Positions 11,634-25,780 of a stretch of 64,000 nt of DNA are shown here, in pieces. The stretch is from Prorocentrum cordatum (lineage: Eukaryota), in assembly GCA_963575745.1 (NCBI GenBank), contig CAUYUJ010000068.1, positions 1 to 64,000 of the forward strand. Reading direction: 5' to 3'. How positions within the stretch are numbered: position 1 is the first letter of the stretch; each line of letters starts with the position of its first letter. Position numbers and translations under genes: made by a program. The notes under the pieces are model-generated. The model searched no databases. It saw nothing but the letters and a program-made list of their open reading frames with translations, and had not been told where the DNA came from.

Positions 11634-14218
11634 CCGGATCTCTGCGCCTCCGGGGGTGCGAGCCCGGCCTGGGCACCCTGCTGGAGGAAGCCATCGCGTG
11701 GACGGGGTGCCGAGGCCAGTGGGTCCACTGGAGGACCAGGCCGGCTGGCAGACCCGAGCCGGATCGAACCGTGGAATCGGAGCGGATCGCAAGCGAATCG
11801 TCCCGAATCGCATCCAAGCCGGACCGCCGCGCCCAACTCCGGCTGGCCCCAGCCGAGGCCGTTGACCGTTGAATCGAATCGAATCGGAATCGTGTCCCCA
11901 GTCAGCGGATCGAATCGCATCGAATCGGATCGAAAGCGGCTCTTGAGACTGGTCGACCCCTGCCCCCTCCTACCTCCTCCTCCTCCTCCTCCTCCTCCTC
12001 CTCCTCCTCCGCTTCCATCCCTCTTCCTCCCAACTACCTCCTGCTCGTCGCACCACCAGGCGTGTCGGCAGTAGGGCGGGATGGGCCCGTCGCCCCGCCC
12101 GAGACTGCCTCTCCACGTATGGAATCGAAGCCCGAAGTCTCGACAGCTGCACGGACAGGGGGTGGTCCAGTTGCAGGATGTTGCTCCCGCTCGAGTGCAA
12201 AGCACACACGCCAGAGAAGCTGCCTACACGGACTGAGGGCGGCCAACGCTCAAGACGTGGCTATCTCCTGAGCGTCGAGGGCAGTCGTCTCAACTTCACG
12301 GATGGAACGCAAGTGTTGTTCGAAATGTGGCTCCCGCATGAGTGCCGCGCGCACTCGTCTGAGACGCTCCCAACAGCTTCTTCACAGATAGAGGGCGACC
12401 CGACTCAACCATGTGATTATCGCCTGAGCGTCGCGCAAATTCCTTGTGGAAGCTGTGAACACTTAGACGAATCGAGGTCGGGCCGGTTCCCAAATGGAAT
12501 TCTCCCTTGAGACCTCCACGAAGCTATGGCCAGATGCTGGATATTGTCGTCATTCCAGCAACACAGCGCATTCTGTACACAGCTTTGACTCTGGGCCGTT
12601 GGCGCCGACGGTGTTGCAAACGAATCGCTCGAAGACAGCCGCTCAGAAGAGGAGGAATAAGGCGAACATAAAATGGAATGCTCGGGGTGATGCGCACCGG
12701 CTCCAAGTGAAACGACAACGCGCCAGGCAAACCAGGAACGCAACGTGCGCCGACCTCTGATAGGCGAACACCTCTAGGGCCAGATGCTGAATGACACGGT
12801 ACAAAGAAGCCATGCACCTCAACGCTAGCACGAGAACGCACATGCCGAGCCAGCATCACCGCGGGCGTGCTTGGCGTGGGCGCCCCGTGCCGCAAGAAGC
12901 CGAGCGTGGCGCGGCACGGCACCGGCGCGCGGGCACGGCACAGCACGGCACGCCTGCCGCGCCCGAAGACCTGGACACCGGACCCCACGACACGCGGGCC
13001 CGGCACGGCACACGCATCCCATGACGCCTGGGGGCGGCGCGGCACGACATGCGGGCACAGCACGGCATGCCGGCGGCACACGTTTCGCGCTCCGTGCTCC
13101 GGAAGCGGGCTCCTCTGTGGAGGCATCCTGCAGGTTCAGGGCATCTGCTGATTGTACATGCTGGAGCTCTTGACCCCATGCTCTGTGTGGTCATCTGGAG
13201 CTCTCGACCCACTGTAGAGCTGCAGTGTGGCAGGCAGCATGTGGGCAGGTAGGTAGCATCAGCTGTGCAGCGTAGAGACGGAGAGAGTGCGTCCGCAGCC
13301 CTCTTTGGCCCGTGCGCTGAAAAAGGCCCGTGCGCGTCCGCGCGCGCTCCGACATGGTAGCGGACCTGTGGTATACCTCCTGAGGCCCACCGCAGCTCCA
13401 GAGGACCTTTGCCAAGCAGCTCGGCAGCCGCACCCTCTTCCAGGTCTGGGGCCCCTCCTTCGTTCCTGACCGGCGCACCCTGGCGCCACCAGCCGCGGCT
13501 GCGGCGCCGCGCCCAGCCCACTGGCGAGGGCCACCAGTCTGCCCACGATGCGGGCCAGAGCGCCAGTGCGGCTCAGGAGCCCTCTCGGCGTCGCCGCCAG
13601 GAGCTTCGGGCAGTGGAGGCCCGGGACCCTCGCCACCGACGCCGGGCCGCCGAGTTGATCCCGAGGCGCGACCTGGACGCCTCGGAGGCTTTGGCGAGCA
13701 ACCTGGGGGCGCGGCGCTGCGCAGATCTGGGCGTCAGCGCCGAGGACCCGCCACTCCAGGCGGACAGGCAGCGAATCGCCACCGCCAGGTCCGAGCCGCT
13801 TCGGCGTGCCGTGGTGGAAGGCCGCCCGTACTTGGACCGGGAGGACGAGCCGGACCTGCTGTCGGGCGAGCTGTCGGGGACCGACGGTGACCAGTACGAG
13901 GTGGTCCGGGAATACTGTCTTGTAGAGCAGGCCAGCAACTCAACGTTGGTGAGGCTTGCGCGAGAAGAGGTCGAGCGGCTAGAGTCGATCCAAGAGTGGA
14001 CACACGAGCGCGACGAGACTCGCCCTGCAGACAGACGCGAAGAGGCAGCCAGCTTACTCCGCGACGTCGCCTGCGCCCTGGAGCGTAGGCGAGCTTCTAC
14101 CTCCGGGTGGGACCGGCGCCACGCGGACGCCGGACGGCACCTCGAGTTTTCTGGACGAGATGCAGGAGGAGCGCAGAGCGGCTCCAGAAGCCGCCCGTGA
14201 CCGTTCGCGTTCTAGGCA

Positions 14219-15172
14219 ATGGGCATGCCTACAGCAGAAGAATTGCGGGGCCGGGTAAGGCAACAGGCGAGCCAGATCACTGAGCTGGTGGCAGCAGTCA
14301 AAGGGTTGCGTGCATCGCCTGCTTCTGCTTCTGCCGCTCCCGCCCCGGCGCCGCCGCCGCAAGGGACTGGATCCGTACTCCAGCCATGCGTCGACACGCG
14401 CTTGATAGGTGAAGCAGACACCTATCTGATGTGGACAAAGGGCGACATGGCCAGAGTGGTCGTTCGTCTTTAGGGCGTGCTTAGCAGCATTCGACTCACG
14501 CTACCCAGCGCTTCTGGCGCGGGCGGAGGCTACTGCGAGCGTCGTGACGAACGCATCCCTTGAGCCATGGGAGGCCAGTCTGTCGGTGCAACTGTACTAC
14601 GTCATGGTGATGCTCTTCCATGGTGCTGCGCATGATAAGATGTCTAGCATCGGTGCCGGCGAGTGTCTGGAAGCGTGGCGGCAGACCATTCTGGACTGCG
14701 ACCCGAAGATCCGGACGCGGAAGGTGGGGCTCCTCATCAAAGTCCTCATTGCAAAGTTCTCTGAGGATATCCTGCAATCTCTCGACCAGTTCGAGCATCT
14801 GGTTCGTGAGCACGAAGGACAGGCGGGCAAGCAGTTTGACGAGAACCTCAATATTGGCATAGTGATTGTCAATATGGTAGACACGAGCCTCCAGCAGCAC
14901 TTAGTGAAGAACTCTGCTAGGCTGACGGCGTGGAAGCCGCTGAAGGAGGAGCTCTTGGACATGGCTGGGGCAGAGCAATACTTCAACTCCCAAACGAAGC
15001 CGATGGAACTCGGCGCAACATCAAAAGGAGGAAAAACAGCAGGAAAGGCAAGAAGGGCAAAGCAAAGGAGGAGGGAACAGGCAAACGAAGGGAGGAGGGA
15101 AAAGGCAAAGGCAACGGAGTAACGACTGAGAAGGTCTGTTGGTGCTGTGAGAAGAAAAGCACACTGCCGCAG
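14219..15172 (+). mobile_element. Ty1/copia-like LTR retrotransposon gag remnant, frameshifted and cut off by a CA microsatellite
   Basis: VDTRLIG, LYYVMVML, CLEAWR, PMELGA, a GKGK-rich tract and a degenerate zinc knuckle (CWCCEKK) occur in gag order. No pol or LTR was identified. Confidence 0.7.
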
Positions 15173-18100
15173 CGCACACGCACGCACACGCACACACACA
15201 CACACACGCACACGCACGCGCACACAAGCACAACCGCACACCCGCACACCCACGCACGCACACACACACACACGCTCTCACGCACAAGCACGCACAGACA
15301 CGCACGAACACAAACACGCACACACACACACACACGCGCACGCACGCACGCACGCACGCACGCACACACAGACACACAGAAACACACAGAGACACACAGA
15401 CACACACACAGACACACAGACACACAGACACACACACACACACCACACACACCGACACACAGACACATAGACACACAGACACACAGACACACTGACACAC
15501 AGACGCACAGACACACAGACACACGGACACACACACAGACACACAGACACACAGGCACACAACCACCCAGACACACACAGACACTCAGACACACAGACAC
15601 GCAGACACACAGACACACCGACGCACAGACACATAGACACACGGACACACGGACACACGGACGCACAGACACACAGACTTTTCTTTTTCGGTCGCGTCCG
15701 CCAGCGAAAGCGCAAGCGGAGTCAGAAGCGTTCCGGGACACGGAAGCGGCCTAATTAGCTACTAATCAGACACACAGACGCGCAGCCACACAGACTCACA
15801 GAGACACACACACACAGACACACAGACTCACAGGCACACAAACACACAGACTCACAGCCACACAGACATACAGACACACACACACAGGCACACAGGCACA
15901 CAGACACACAGACACACAGACACACACACACAAACCCACACACACACAACACACACACACGCGCGCCTACACGCGCCCACACGCACCCCCTCCCCCCACA
16001 CACACACACACATTCACACACACACGCACGCACGCACGTACGCACGCACGCGTGCGCGCACGCACGCACGCACACGCACAAACACACACACAAACACACA
16101 CAACCACACACAGACACAGACACAGACACAGACACAGACACAGACACAGACACAAGACACACACACGACACACACACACAAGACACACACAACACACACA
16201 ACACACAGCACACAACACGCATACACACGCACACGCACACGCACACGCACACGCACACGCACACGCACACGCACACGCACACGCACAACACAAGACAATT
16301 CAACACAACACAAGACAACACGCCACGCCACGCCACGCCATGCCACGCCGCAACGCAACGCAACGCACCGCACCGCACCGCAGCGCAGCACACCACACCA
16401 CACCACACCACACCACAACACAACACCGCGCAACACGCAACACGCAACACGCAACACGCAACACGCAACACACAACACGCACCCCGCACCCCGCACCCCG
16501 CACCCCGCACCCCGCACCCCGAAGCCCACAACCCACAACCCACAACCCACAACCCACAACCCACAACCCACAACCCACAACCCACAACGCACAACCCACA
16601 ACCCACAACCCACAACCCACAACCAACAACCCACAAGGCACAACCCACAACCCACAACCCACAGTACACAACCCACAGTACACAACCCACAACCCACAGC
16701 ACACAGCACACAACCCACAGCACACACCACAACACCAATCACACCACAACAACACGCGCCCACACGCACCCCCTCCCCCCCACACACACATTCACACACA
16801 CACACGCACGCACGCACGTACGCACGCACGCGTGCGCGCACGCACGCACGCACACGCACAAACACACACACACAAACACACACAACCACTCACAGACACA
16901 GACACAGACACAGACACAGACACAATACACACACACACGACACACACAAGACACACACACACACACCACACACAACACACAGCACACAACACGCATACAC
17001 ACGCACACGCACACGCACACGCACACGCACACGCACACGCACACGCACACGCACACGCACAACACAAGACAATTCAACACAACACAAGACAACACGCCAC
17101 GCCACGCCATGCCACGCCGCAACGCAACGCAACGCACCGCACCGCACCGCAGCGCAACACGCCACACCACACCACACCACACCACACCACAACACCGCGC
17201 AACACACAACACGCATACACACGCACACGCACACGCACACGCACACGCACACGCACACGCACACGCACACGCACACGCACAACACAAGACAATTCAACAC
17301 AACACAAGACAACACGCCACGCCACGCCATGCCACGCCGCAACGCAACGCAACGCACCGCACCGCACCGCAGCGCAACACACCACACCACACCACACCAC
17401 ACCACAACACAACACCGCGCAACACGCAACACGCAACACGCAACACGCAATACGCAACACACAACACGCACCCCGCACCCCGCACCCCGCACCCCGCACC
17501 CCGAAGCCCACAACCCACAACCCACAACCCACAACCCACAACCCACAACCCACAACCCACAACGCACAACCCACAACCCACAACCCACAACGCACAACCC
17601 ACAACCCACAGCCCACAACGCACAACCCACAACCCACAACCCACAGTACACAACCCACAGTACACAACCCACAACCCACAGCACACAGCACACAACCCAC
17701 AGCACACACCACAACACCAATCACACCACAACAACACAACAACACAACAACACAACGGCACAACAGCACAACAACACAGCAACACAACAACACAACAACA
17801 CAACAGCACAACAACACAACAGCACAACACCACAACAACACAACAATACAACGACACAGCACAACACAACACAACACAACCCAGACACAAAACATAATTG
17901 CACAGCACAGCACAGCACAGCAACACAGCACAACACAGCACAGACACAACACAACACAGCATTGCACAGCACAACACAGCACAACCCAGAGCAGGCACAC
18001 CACAGCACAGCACACCACAACACAACACAGCACAACACCACACACCACACCACCCCACGCCACGCCACGCCCCGCCCCGCCCCGCCACGCCCGCCCGCCC

Positions 18101-20053
18101 GCCCGTCCGCACGCACGCACCGACGCACCCACACACCCACACACCCACACACACACACGCGCGCGCACGCACACGCACCACCATACACACAGACACACAC
18201 ACAGACACACTACACACAGCACACACACAACACACAACACACACACACACACACACACACACGCGCACGCACGCACGCACGCACGCGCGCGCACGCACGC
18301 ACACACGCACGCACGCACGCGCGCACGCACGCGCGCCCGCGCGCACGCCCGCCCGCCCGCCCGCCCGCCCGCGCGCGCGCGCACGCACGCACGCACGCAC
18401 GCACCCACACATAAACGCACACACACACCACACATCACACACAACACATAACACACACAACACACACAATACACAACACACACACACACAACACACAACC
18501 CACACAACCCACACAACCCACACAACACACACAGCACACACAACACACACAGCACACACAACACACAACACACAACACGCAGCACACACAACACACACAC
18601 ATAACACACAGAACATACAGACCACACAACACACACAACACACACAACACACACACACCACACACGCACAACACACTGAACACACAACACGCGAACCACA
18701 CACCACACACAACACACACAACACACACGGCACACACAACACACAACGCACACAACACACAACCTACACAACACACAACACACAACACACACACACACAC
18801 CACACACAACACGCACAACACACAGCACACACAACATACAATACACAACACACACACAACACACACCACACAACACACACAACACACGCACACACACACA
18901 CGCACGTACGCACGCACGCACGCACGTACGTACGCACGCACGCACGCACAACACACAATACACACCACACAACACACACACACACACGCACATACACACA
19001 ATTTTTCTGTCGGCGGCGAGGTGGTGAACCCCGCTCCAGCGAGAAGCTAGAAAACGGACATTAACTAGCGAATTGGCTGGCGGGCAAAGAGAGGGGCGGA
19101 CGACCGAGAGGAAGAAGGGGCGCTCTGACGCCGAAGAATCGACGATGAGCAGCTGGGGGGGCAGCAACAGCCAGGCGCGCAGGGCCAGAGCGCGGCGGGC
19201 GGCCGTGGCGAACCATGGTGGCAAGGGTGGCGGGAAGGCGGCTGCCAGCAGCTGGAGCTGGCGGGCGGGCGCAGCACACACACACACACCCACGGACACA
19301 CACGCACACACACGCACGCACACGCACGCACACGCACGCACCCGCACGCACATACCCACACACGCACACACGCACACACACACACACACGCACACACGCA
19401 CACGCACAGACACACACACACACCATACACATGAACACACACACACACACCACACGAACACTCACAAACACACACACATACACGCACACACAGACACACA
19501 CAGACACACACACAGACACACAAACACAGGCAACGACACAGACACAGACACACACACAGACACACGCACCCACACACCCACACACACATCCACACACACA
19601 CACACACACACACACACCCCGAGACACACAGACACCAACACACACACCCACACACCCACACACCCACAGAACACCACATACACCACACACAACACACACC
19701 ACACACACACCATACACACCGCACACCACACACACCACATATACGGCACACACACACCACACACACCACACACACACACCACGCACACCAGACACCCACA
19801 CACACTCCACACACAACACGCACACACACGCGCGCCCACGCACGCACGCACGCACGCACGCACGCACACAACACAACACAACACAACACAACACAACACA
19901 ACACAACACAACACAACACAACACAACACAACACAACACAACACAACACAACACAACACAACACAACACAACACAGCACACCACAACACAACACAACACA
20001 AGACAACACAACACAACACAACACAGCACGCACGCACGCACGCACGCGCGCGC

Positions 20054-20090
<37 letters not shown>

Positions 20091-20506
20091 CACAACACAC
20101 ACAACACACACAACACGCACGCATGCAAGCACGCACGCACGCACGCACATACACACACATACACACTTTTTTCGTCGGCGGCGAGGCGGTGAACTCCGCT
20201 CCAGCGAGAAGCTAGAAAAAAGGGCACTAAGTAGCGAATTGGCTGGCGGGCAAAGAGAGGGTGGGGGGACGGCCGAGAGGAAGAAGGGACGCTCCAGCTG
20301 GGGGCAGCAGCAGCCAGGCGCGCAAGGCCAGAGCGCGGTGGGCGGCCGTGGCGAACCACGGTGGCAAGGGTGGCGGGAAGGCGGCTGCCAGCAGCTGGAG
20401 TTGGCGGGCGGGCGCAGCACACACACACACACGGACACACACGCACACACACGTACGCACACGCACGCACACGCACGCACCCGCACGCACACACCCACAC
20501 ACGTAC

Positions 20507-20547
<41 letters not shown>

Positions 20548-20790
20548 CGCACACACAGACACACACACCATACACAAACACACACACACACCACACACAA
20601 ACACTCACAAGCACACACACAAACACTCACAAGCACACACAAACATACACACACGCACACACAGACACACACACAGACACACACACACACACACACACCA
20701 CACACAAACACTCACAAGCACACACAAACATACACACACGCACACACAGACACACACAGACACACACACATGCACACACACACACACACG
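15173..20790. repeat. 5.6-kb compound CA-rich satellite with internal block duplications and short complex islands
   Basis: GACACA, GCACAC, CCACAA, ACAAC and CCCGCA runs; the block starting at ~15960 is re-iterated from ~16750. Confidence 0.95.
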
Positions 20791-21336
20791 CTTCTCAGGC
20801 AACTCGCAGCACGCGTGGCGGGAAGCGCAGACGACCCCGACGCGCCCGAAACGTGCACGGAACAGCACTGAGTACGATGCCCAACCGCAGCTGCTGACGG
20901 CGAACCTTCTGTCATAACATGGGCAGGAACTGCTGTTTGTCGTCGTTAAACGACGCGAAGATCGGGACAACATCGGATCGGGATAACTCGAAGTCTCTGA
21001 GAATCGGCGGGTTTGGAGGATGTACTGGGCGCCGCGGCAGCTCCAGAGCGTTCCGAAACGCTCTGAGAGCGCTCCGGAACGCTCTGGAGCGATTTATCCC
21101 GATCCTAGCCCTGTTTTAGTCGTCCCCACCCTTCCGTACCCATCTGGATCCTCCGGCTGCCTCCCAGCCCCAAGCGGTGCGCCTCCCACGCCCGCCCCCG
21201 CCCAGCCTGGGACGCCTGCTTCGCCGCCGGCTCGAAGGAGGAGGCGAGGAAGTCGTCGTCCTCGTCGTCGTCCTGGCTCTGCCGCGCTGTGGGGAGGAGG
21301 ATGTGGAGGTGATCAGGAGGAGGAGGATCGAGGCGG

Positions 21337-21371
21337 ACGATGATGATGATGATGATGATGATGACGATGAC

Positions 21372-21417
<46 letters not shown>

Positions 21418-22020
21418 GTGGTGATGATGATGCTGCTGCTGATGATGAAGAGGATCCTTAGTATCCTGATGATGGTGATGGTGATGGTGATGGTGATGAC
21501 GACGATGGCAGTGACGATGACGGTGATGATGGTGGTGGTGATAATGATGATGATGATGACGATGACGATGACGATGATGATGATGCTTATGACGACAACG
21601 ATGATGATTCATCATATGAATATGATGCTGATGCTGATGACGATGATGCTGATGATGATACTGATGACGACGATGATGATGCAACATATGAATCTGATGA
21701 TGCTGATGATGTTGCTGCTGTTGATGAGGATGCTGATGGTGAGGATGAGGATGGCGACGACGACGATAATGATAATAGTGATGATGATGACGATTATGAT
21801 GCTGATGCTGATGACTATGATGATGACGATGATGATGATGATGATGATGATGATGTTGATGATGTTGATGATGCTGATGATCATCGTGCTGACGATGCTG
21901 CTGACGAGTATGCTGATGGCGAGGATTATGATGGTGGTGGTGGTGGTGATGATGATGATGATGCTGAGGAGGATGATGCTTATGATGATGATAACGACGA
22001 TGATGATGACGACGATGAGG
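21337..22020. repeat. (GAT)n degenerate microsatellite
   Basis: Directly visible; source of the poly-M/D/H ORFs. Confidence 0.95.
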
Positions 22021-22554
22021 AGGATTATCCAGGACCATGCGACGAGAAGGGACCACGAGGAGGGGGGAAGGAGAGGGGAGAAGGAGGAAGAGGAGGACGA
22101 GGAGGAGGCGGTGTACGATCAAGGAGGATCGAGGGCCATGAGACGAGGTCCATGCGACAAGAAGGGTGCAAGAGGAAGAGGTGGAGGTGGAGGAGGAAAG
22201 TAGAGGAGACGGAGGAGGAGGCGGAGGAGGAGGACCAGTGCAAATCCAAGATTCATCAACGATGTTGAAGTGAACCCTTCCTCCGAGCTCCCTCTTCATA
22301 GACCCCTACAAGGGTTATTACCCCTTGACCCTGAAGCATGCCAAAACAACATTATCGGGACTCCAACGCCGCGGATCAACCTGACTGTTGCGTCTTGACG
22401 ATCCTGAATCGTGTCAAAACACCATCCCTGGGACTTCAACACAGCGAAGCAACGTAACTGTTGCGCCCTCAGAATCTTGAAGCCTTCCAAGAAACCGCTT
22501 GTGGTACGTTGACCATGGGAACCCGCTAAACTCCGGCAATTTCTTCAAACGGAT

Positions 22555-22870
22555 GTGCGCGGCGCTAAAACGACAACCACAACTTGAAAACGAACCGCCC
22601 TCAATCCGTGAAACTTTTGCAATGTTGTAAAGCTCGTGTGCGCGGCGCTAAGGCGAGAACCACATTTTGAAAATCAGCCGCCTCAATCCGTGAAGCTCTT
22701 GCAAATGTTTAAGACGAGTGTGCGCGGCGCCACGGCAAGAACCACACTTTGAACACCGCCCACCCTCAATCCTTGAAACCCGTGCACATCTTGAACAAGA
22801 ATGTGCGCGGCGCTACGGCGAGAACTGACATATTGAAAAACCACCCGCCTTCCATTTGTGAAGCTGTTGC
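22555..22870. repeat. Tandem repeat, period about 82 bp, about four units
   Basis: GTGCGCGGCGC at ~22556, 22638, 22720 and 22803. Confidence 0.85.
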
Positions 22871-23975
22871 GAACTTTTAGGCTTCAAGGTCATGATCGGT
22901 GAGGCAGTCTCAGGCGAAACGCCCAGCCCGCCCTTTCGACCGGCCTCGGGGTGCGACAGGGAGGCGTTAGTCATAAGGAAAAGGAGTAGAGGAGGAGGAG
23001 GAGGAGGAGGAGGAGGAGGAGGAGGAGGAGGAGGAGGAGGAGGAGGAGGGAGGAGGAGAGGGAGGGAGGGAGGGAGGGAGGGAGGGAGGGAGGGAGGGAG
23101 GGAGGGAGGGAGGGAGGAGGGAGGGAGGAGAAGGGATGGAGTGGAGGAGGAAGATCCAGGCCCGGGGCCCCCGGAGGCCCGCTCAGGCACGCGAGCACCC
23201 CGCAGGGGCGCCCAGAGCCGCACACAGAGAGCGCAGGGGCCCTCTCGGAGGCCCTGGGGGGGCACCCGGGCCTCCCGTGGGAGGGGGGGGGGGGGAGACT
23301 TGCGGAGGGGCAGTGGTTTTCGTCGAGCCCATGCGGGACGTGCGAGGGGGCAGGCCTTCTCAGGAGGCGGCGGCACCTGCCGTGGGGAATCAGGGACCTG
23401 CTGAGGGGCAGTGAATTCTTCGTCGAGCCCGTGCGGGAAGTGCGCTGGGGGCAGACCTCCTCGGGAGGCGGCGGGGCTTCTCAGAGGCCCTCGCGCTGTC
23501 TGAGAAGCGCTTCTCTGTGGCTCTTCGGAGAAGGCTCGCAGGGCTTCGCAGGAGGCGCGAGAGCCTCCGAGGAGCCCCCGCCGCCTCCTGAGGAGGCTCG
23601 CACCCCCTCGCTGCCGTCCCCCCCTGGGCTCGCCGCCGCAGCTGCCAATCCGCTGAGCAGTTTCGGTGGCCCCGCGGCCCAGACCTGGTCCAGAGAGGCC
23701 GAACGTGACGAACGACACTCCAGAGCCGATCTTTTCTCATTGCGAGTCCAGCGCGATGTTGTCGATCCTCCTCCTCCTGGGCAAAAAGGTGTCTCCTGGC
23801 ATCCGCTGGCAGCAGCGGGCAGCACAGATCGTGTAGCACCCCGCAGTTGTGGATAAGAGTGAGGGGGCGGCGGGGACATCGACAGTCTGCGAGGCTCTGA
23901 AAAAAAGCCCGCCACAGGCGCCTAATTTCTTAAAATTATGCAGCGAGCCCGCCGCAGTTTTCTCGTTCAAATAAT

Positions 23976-24150
23976 GTGGGTGGGTCGCAGGGTGGGTCGC
24001 AGGTGGGTCGCGGGTGGGTCACGGGTGGCGTCGCGGGCCGGGTCGCGGGTGGGTCGCGGGTGAGTCGCGTGGTGGGTCGCAGGTGGGTCGCGGGTCGCGG
24101 GTGGGTCGTGGGTCGGGTCGCGGGCGGGTCGCGGGCCAGGTCGCGGGTGG
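23976..24150. repeat. GGGTCGC/GGGT G-rich tandem repeat
   Basis: Directly visible. Confidence 0.9.
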
Positions 24151-25637
24151 GGGGGTGGACGACGACAACAAACAACAACAAACAACAACAATCCGCGCCG
24201 TAATTAGAACCTCACATCAGCCACGCGCCCATGGACAGGGAAGGACCATTCGGCCCCCTCGCTCTGATCTCTGGGCCGCAGGTCAAAGAGTGACTGGGGA
24301 GTCGCCGTGCAGGCAGACTGCAGCCGGCGGCCTTGCTTCCCCATGCCATGGTGTGCCCTGCAGCTGCTGACCCGATTCCCACCCCAGGGGTCGGAGCGAA
24401 CAGAAGACCGCGCGGACCTCCCTGAGCCTAAACGTCTATGCCCGTCTTGCTGTTTGATTCGTGGCGAGCCCGATCTTTTTTGAGTTCAGAAAGCAATCCT
24501 TTTTGAACTTTTGAATTCGAAGAACAATTTTTTTGAATTCAAGAACCGACCTTTTTTGAATTCAGAAAACAGCCCCCTGGGGGAGACATATGGCTCGAAT
24601 TCGGAGGACTCTAACTTGCCTGACGGGGCCGTGAATGGGGAATTCAAGAGGTACCGATACCGCTACTCCACGGACCTCTCCCGGGGTGCGTTCGGACCGG
24701 AATTTCGAGGCGAATCCAGCGGTGGCGACGAGGGCCGCCCAGGAGGCCCAAGAGGAGGAAAACGATGGAAAGAACGCGGTATGGGTACATTTTCATCCTC
24801 CGAGCCAGAAAATGGCGGGGACCCGTGTCAAATCTCTCGCGGGCTCTGGCTGCACACATCTCACGACACCTGGACCGTCAGAAATTCAGGCCGGGGCCGT
24901 CAAACAGCGGTAGCAGATCCGAGTTCTGGCAGACTCGAGTCCTGCATACAGTGGAGGCCAGTCCACAAGAAACCTTCCACAAGAAACCTAAACCTGAGAT
25001 CCCAGTGTGGGAACGTCACGCTTTCTATAGAAAGAACCATCGAAACCACGGGCACCCTGGAGGCAAGCAAGGTGTTTCTTGGCATGGGCCTCCACTGCAG
25101 GCTGGGCCACCCGGCTCCCCACATCGCGCCCCGCGATGCGCAGCGCGCGGTCATCCTGGCGTCCTCGCGAGGTCGCCTTTCGGAAAGGGCAGCGCTCCGG
25201 CCGAGGCCGCGACGCGCAGAGCGAGACCATGCTCGCGCCCTCAGGGGCTGGCCTAGCGAGGGGCAACGCCAAGGGGGGGGGGAGCGGCTCAGGGGGGGAA
25301 GCGTCGAGCTTGAGAGTCAAGCCTTGAATCGGCGATGCATCGCCGACAGATCGGCGAGAGGCCCGGGCTGTCGGCCCCCACCGGCGATCAGTGAGCGACT
25401 GTGGGTCGATGCCTTCCCCCCGGAGCCCGCCCGCTCCCCCCCGAGAGCGCTGCCCCCGCCCCGTCCTGCCTCTGCCCGAGGCCCTCCAGCCCCGGGGGGC
25501 GTAAGGACATCGGACTCCGAGGCAGGACGTCTGTAGCACTCTCTGCATCGCGACGCCTCCACCGTCGCGCACACCGCCGCGCCGCCGCGCCGCCCGCGGG
25601 CGGAGGAGGGGCAGGCGGAGGAGGAGCAGGAGGAAGA

Positions 25638-25780
25638 GTGATGGGCATGCAGGAGACAAGGCTGCGGAGGGGAACCACACCAATGCACGGACTCCACGCC
25701 ATTTCGAGCGGACACAACATCCTTCTCAACATCGACCTGCCGTACTCAACGCTCAACGGAGGACGGTGTGGAAAGGGCTT
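25638..25780 (+). pseudogene. N-terminal piece of a LINE APE endonuclease, left of the palindrome
   Basis: VMGMQETRLR matches the APE 'xxQET' motif, followed by ILLNIDLPYS. Confidence 0.55.

Noticed and set aside
14559..14567. Partial SL match CTTGAGCCA
   Set aside because: Only 9 nt and inside the gag coding remnant, consistent with chance.
16052..20917. Long His/Thr- or Cys/Val-rich ORFs up to 799 aa
   Set aside because: They are simple-repeat artefacts.
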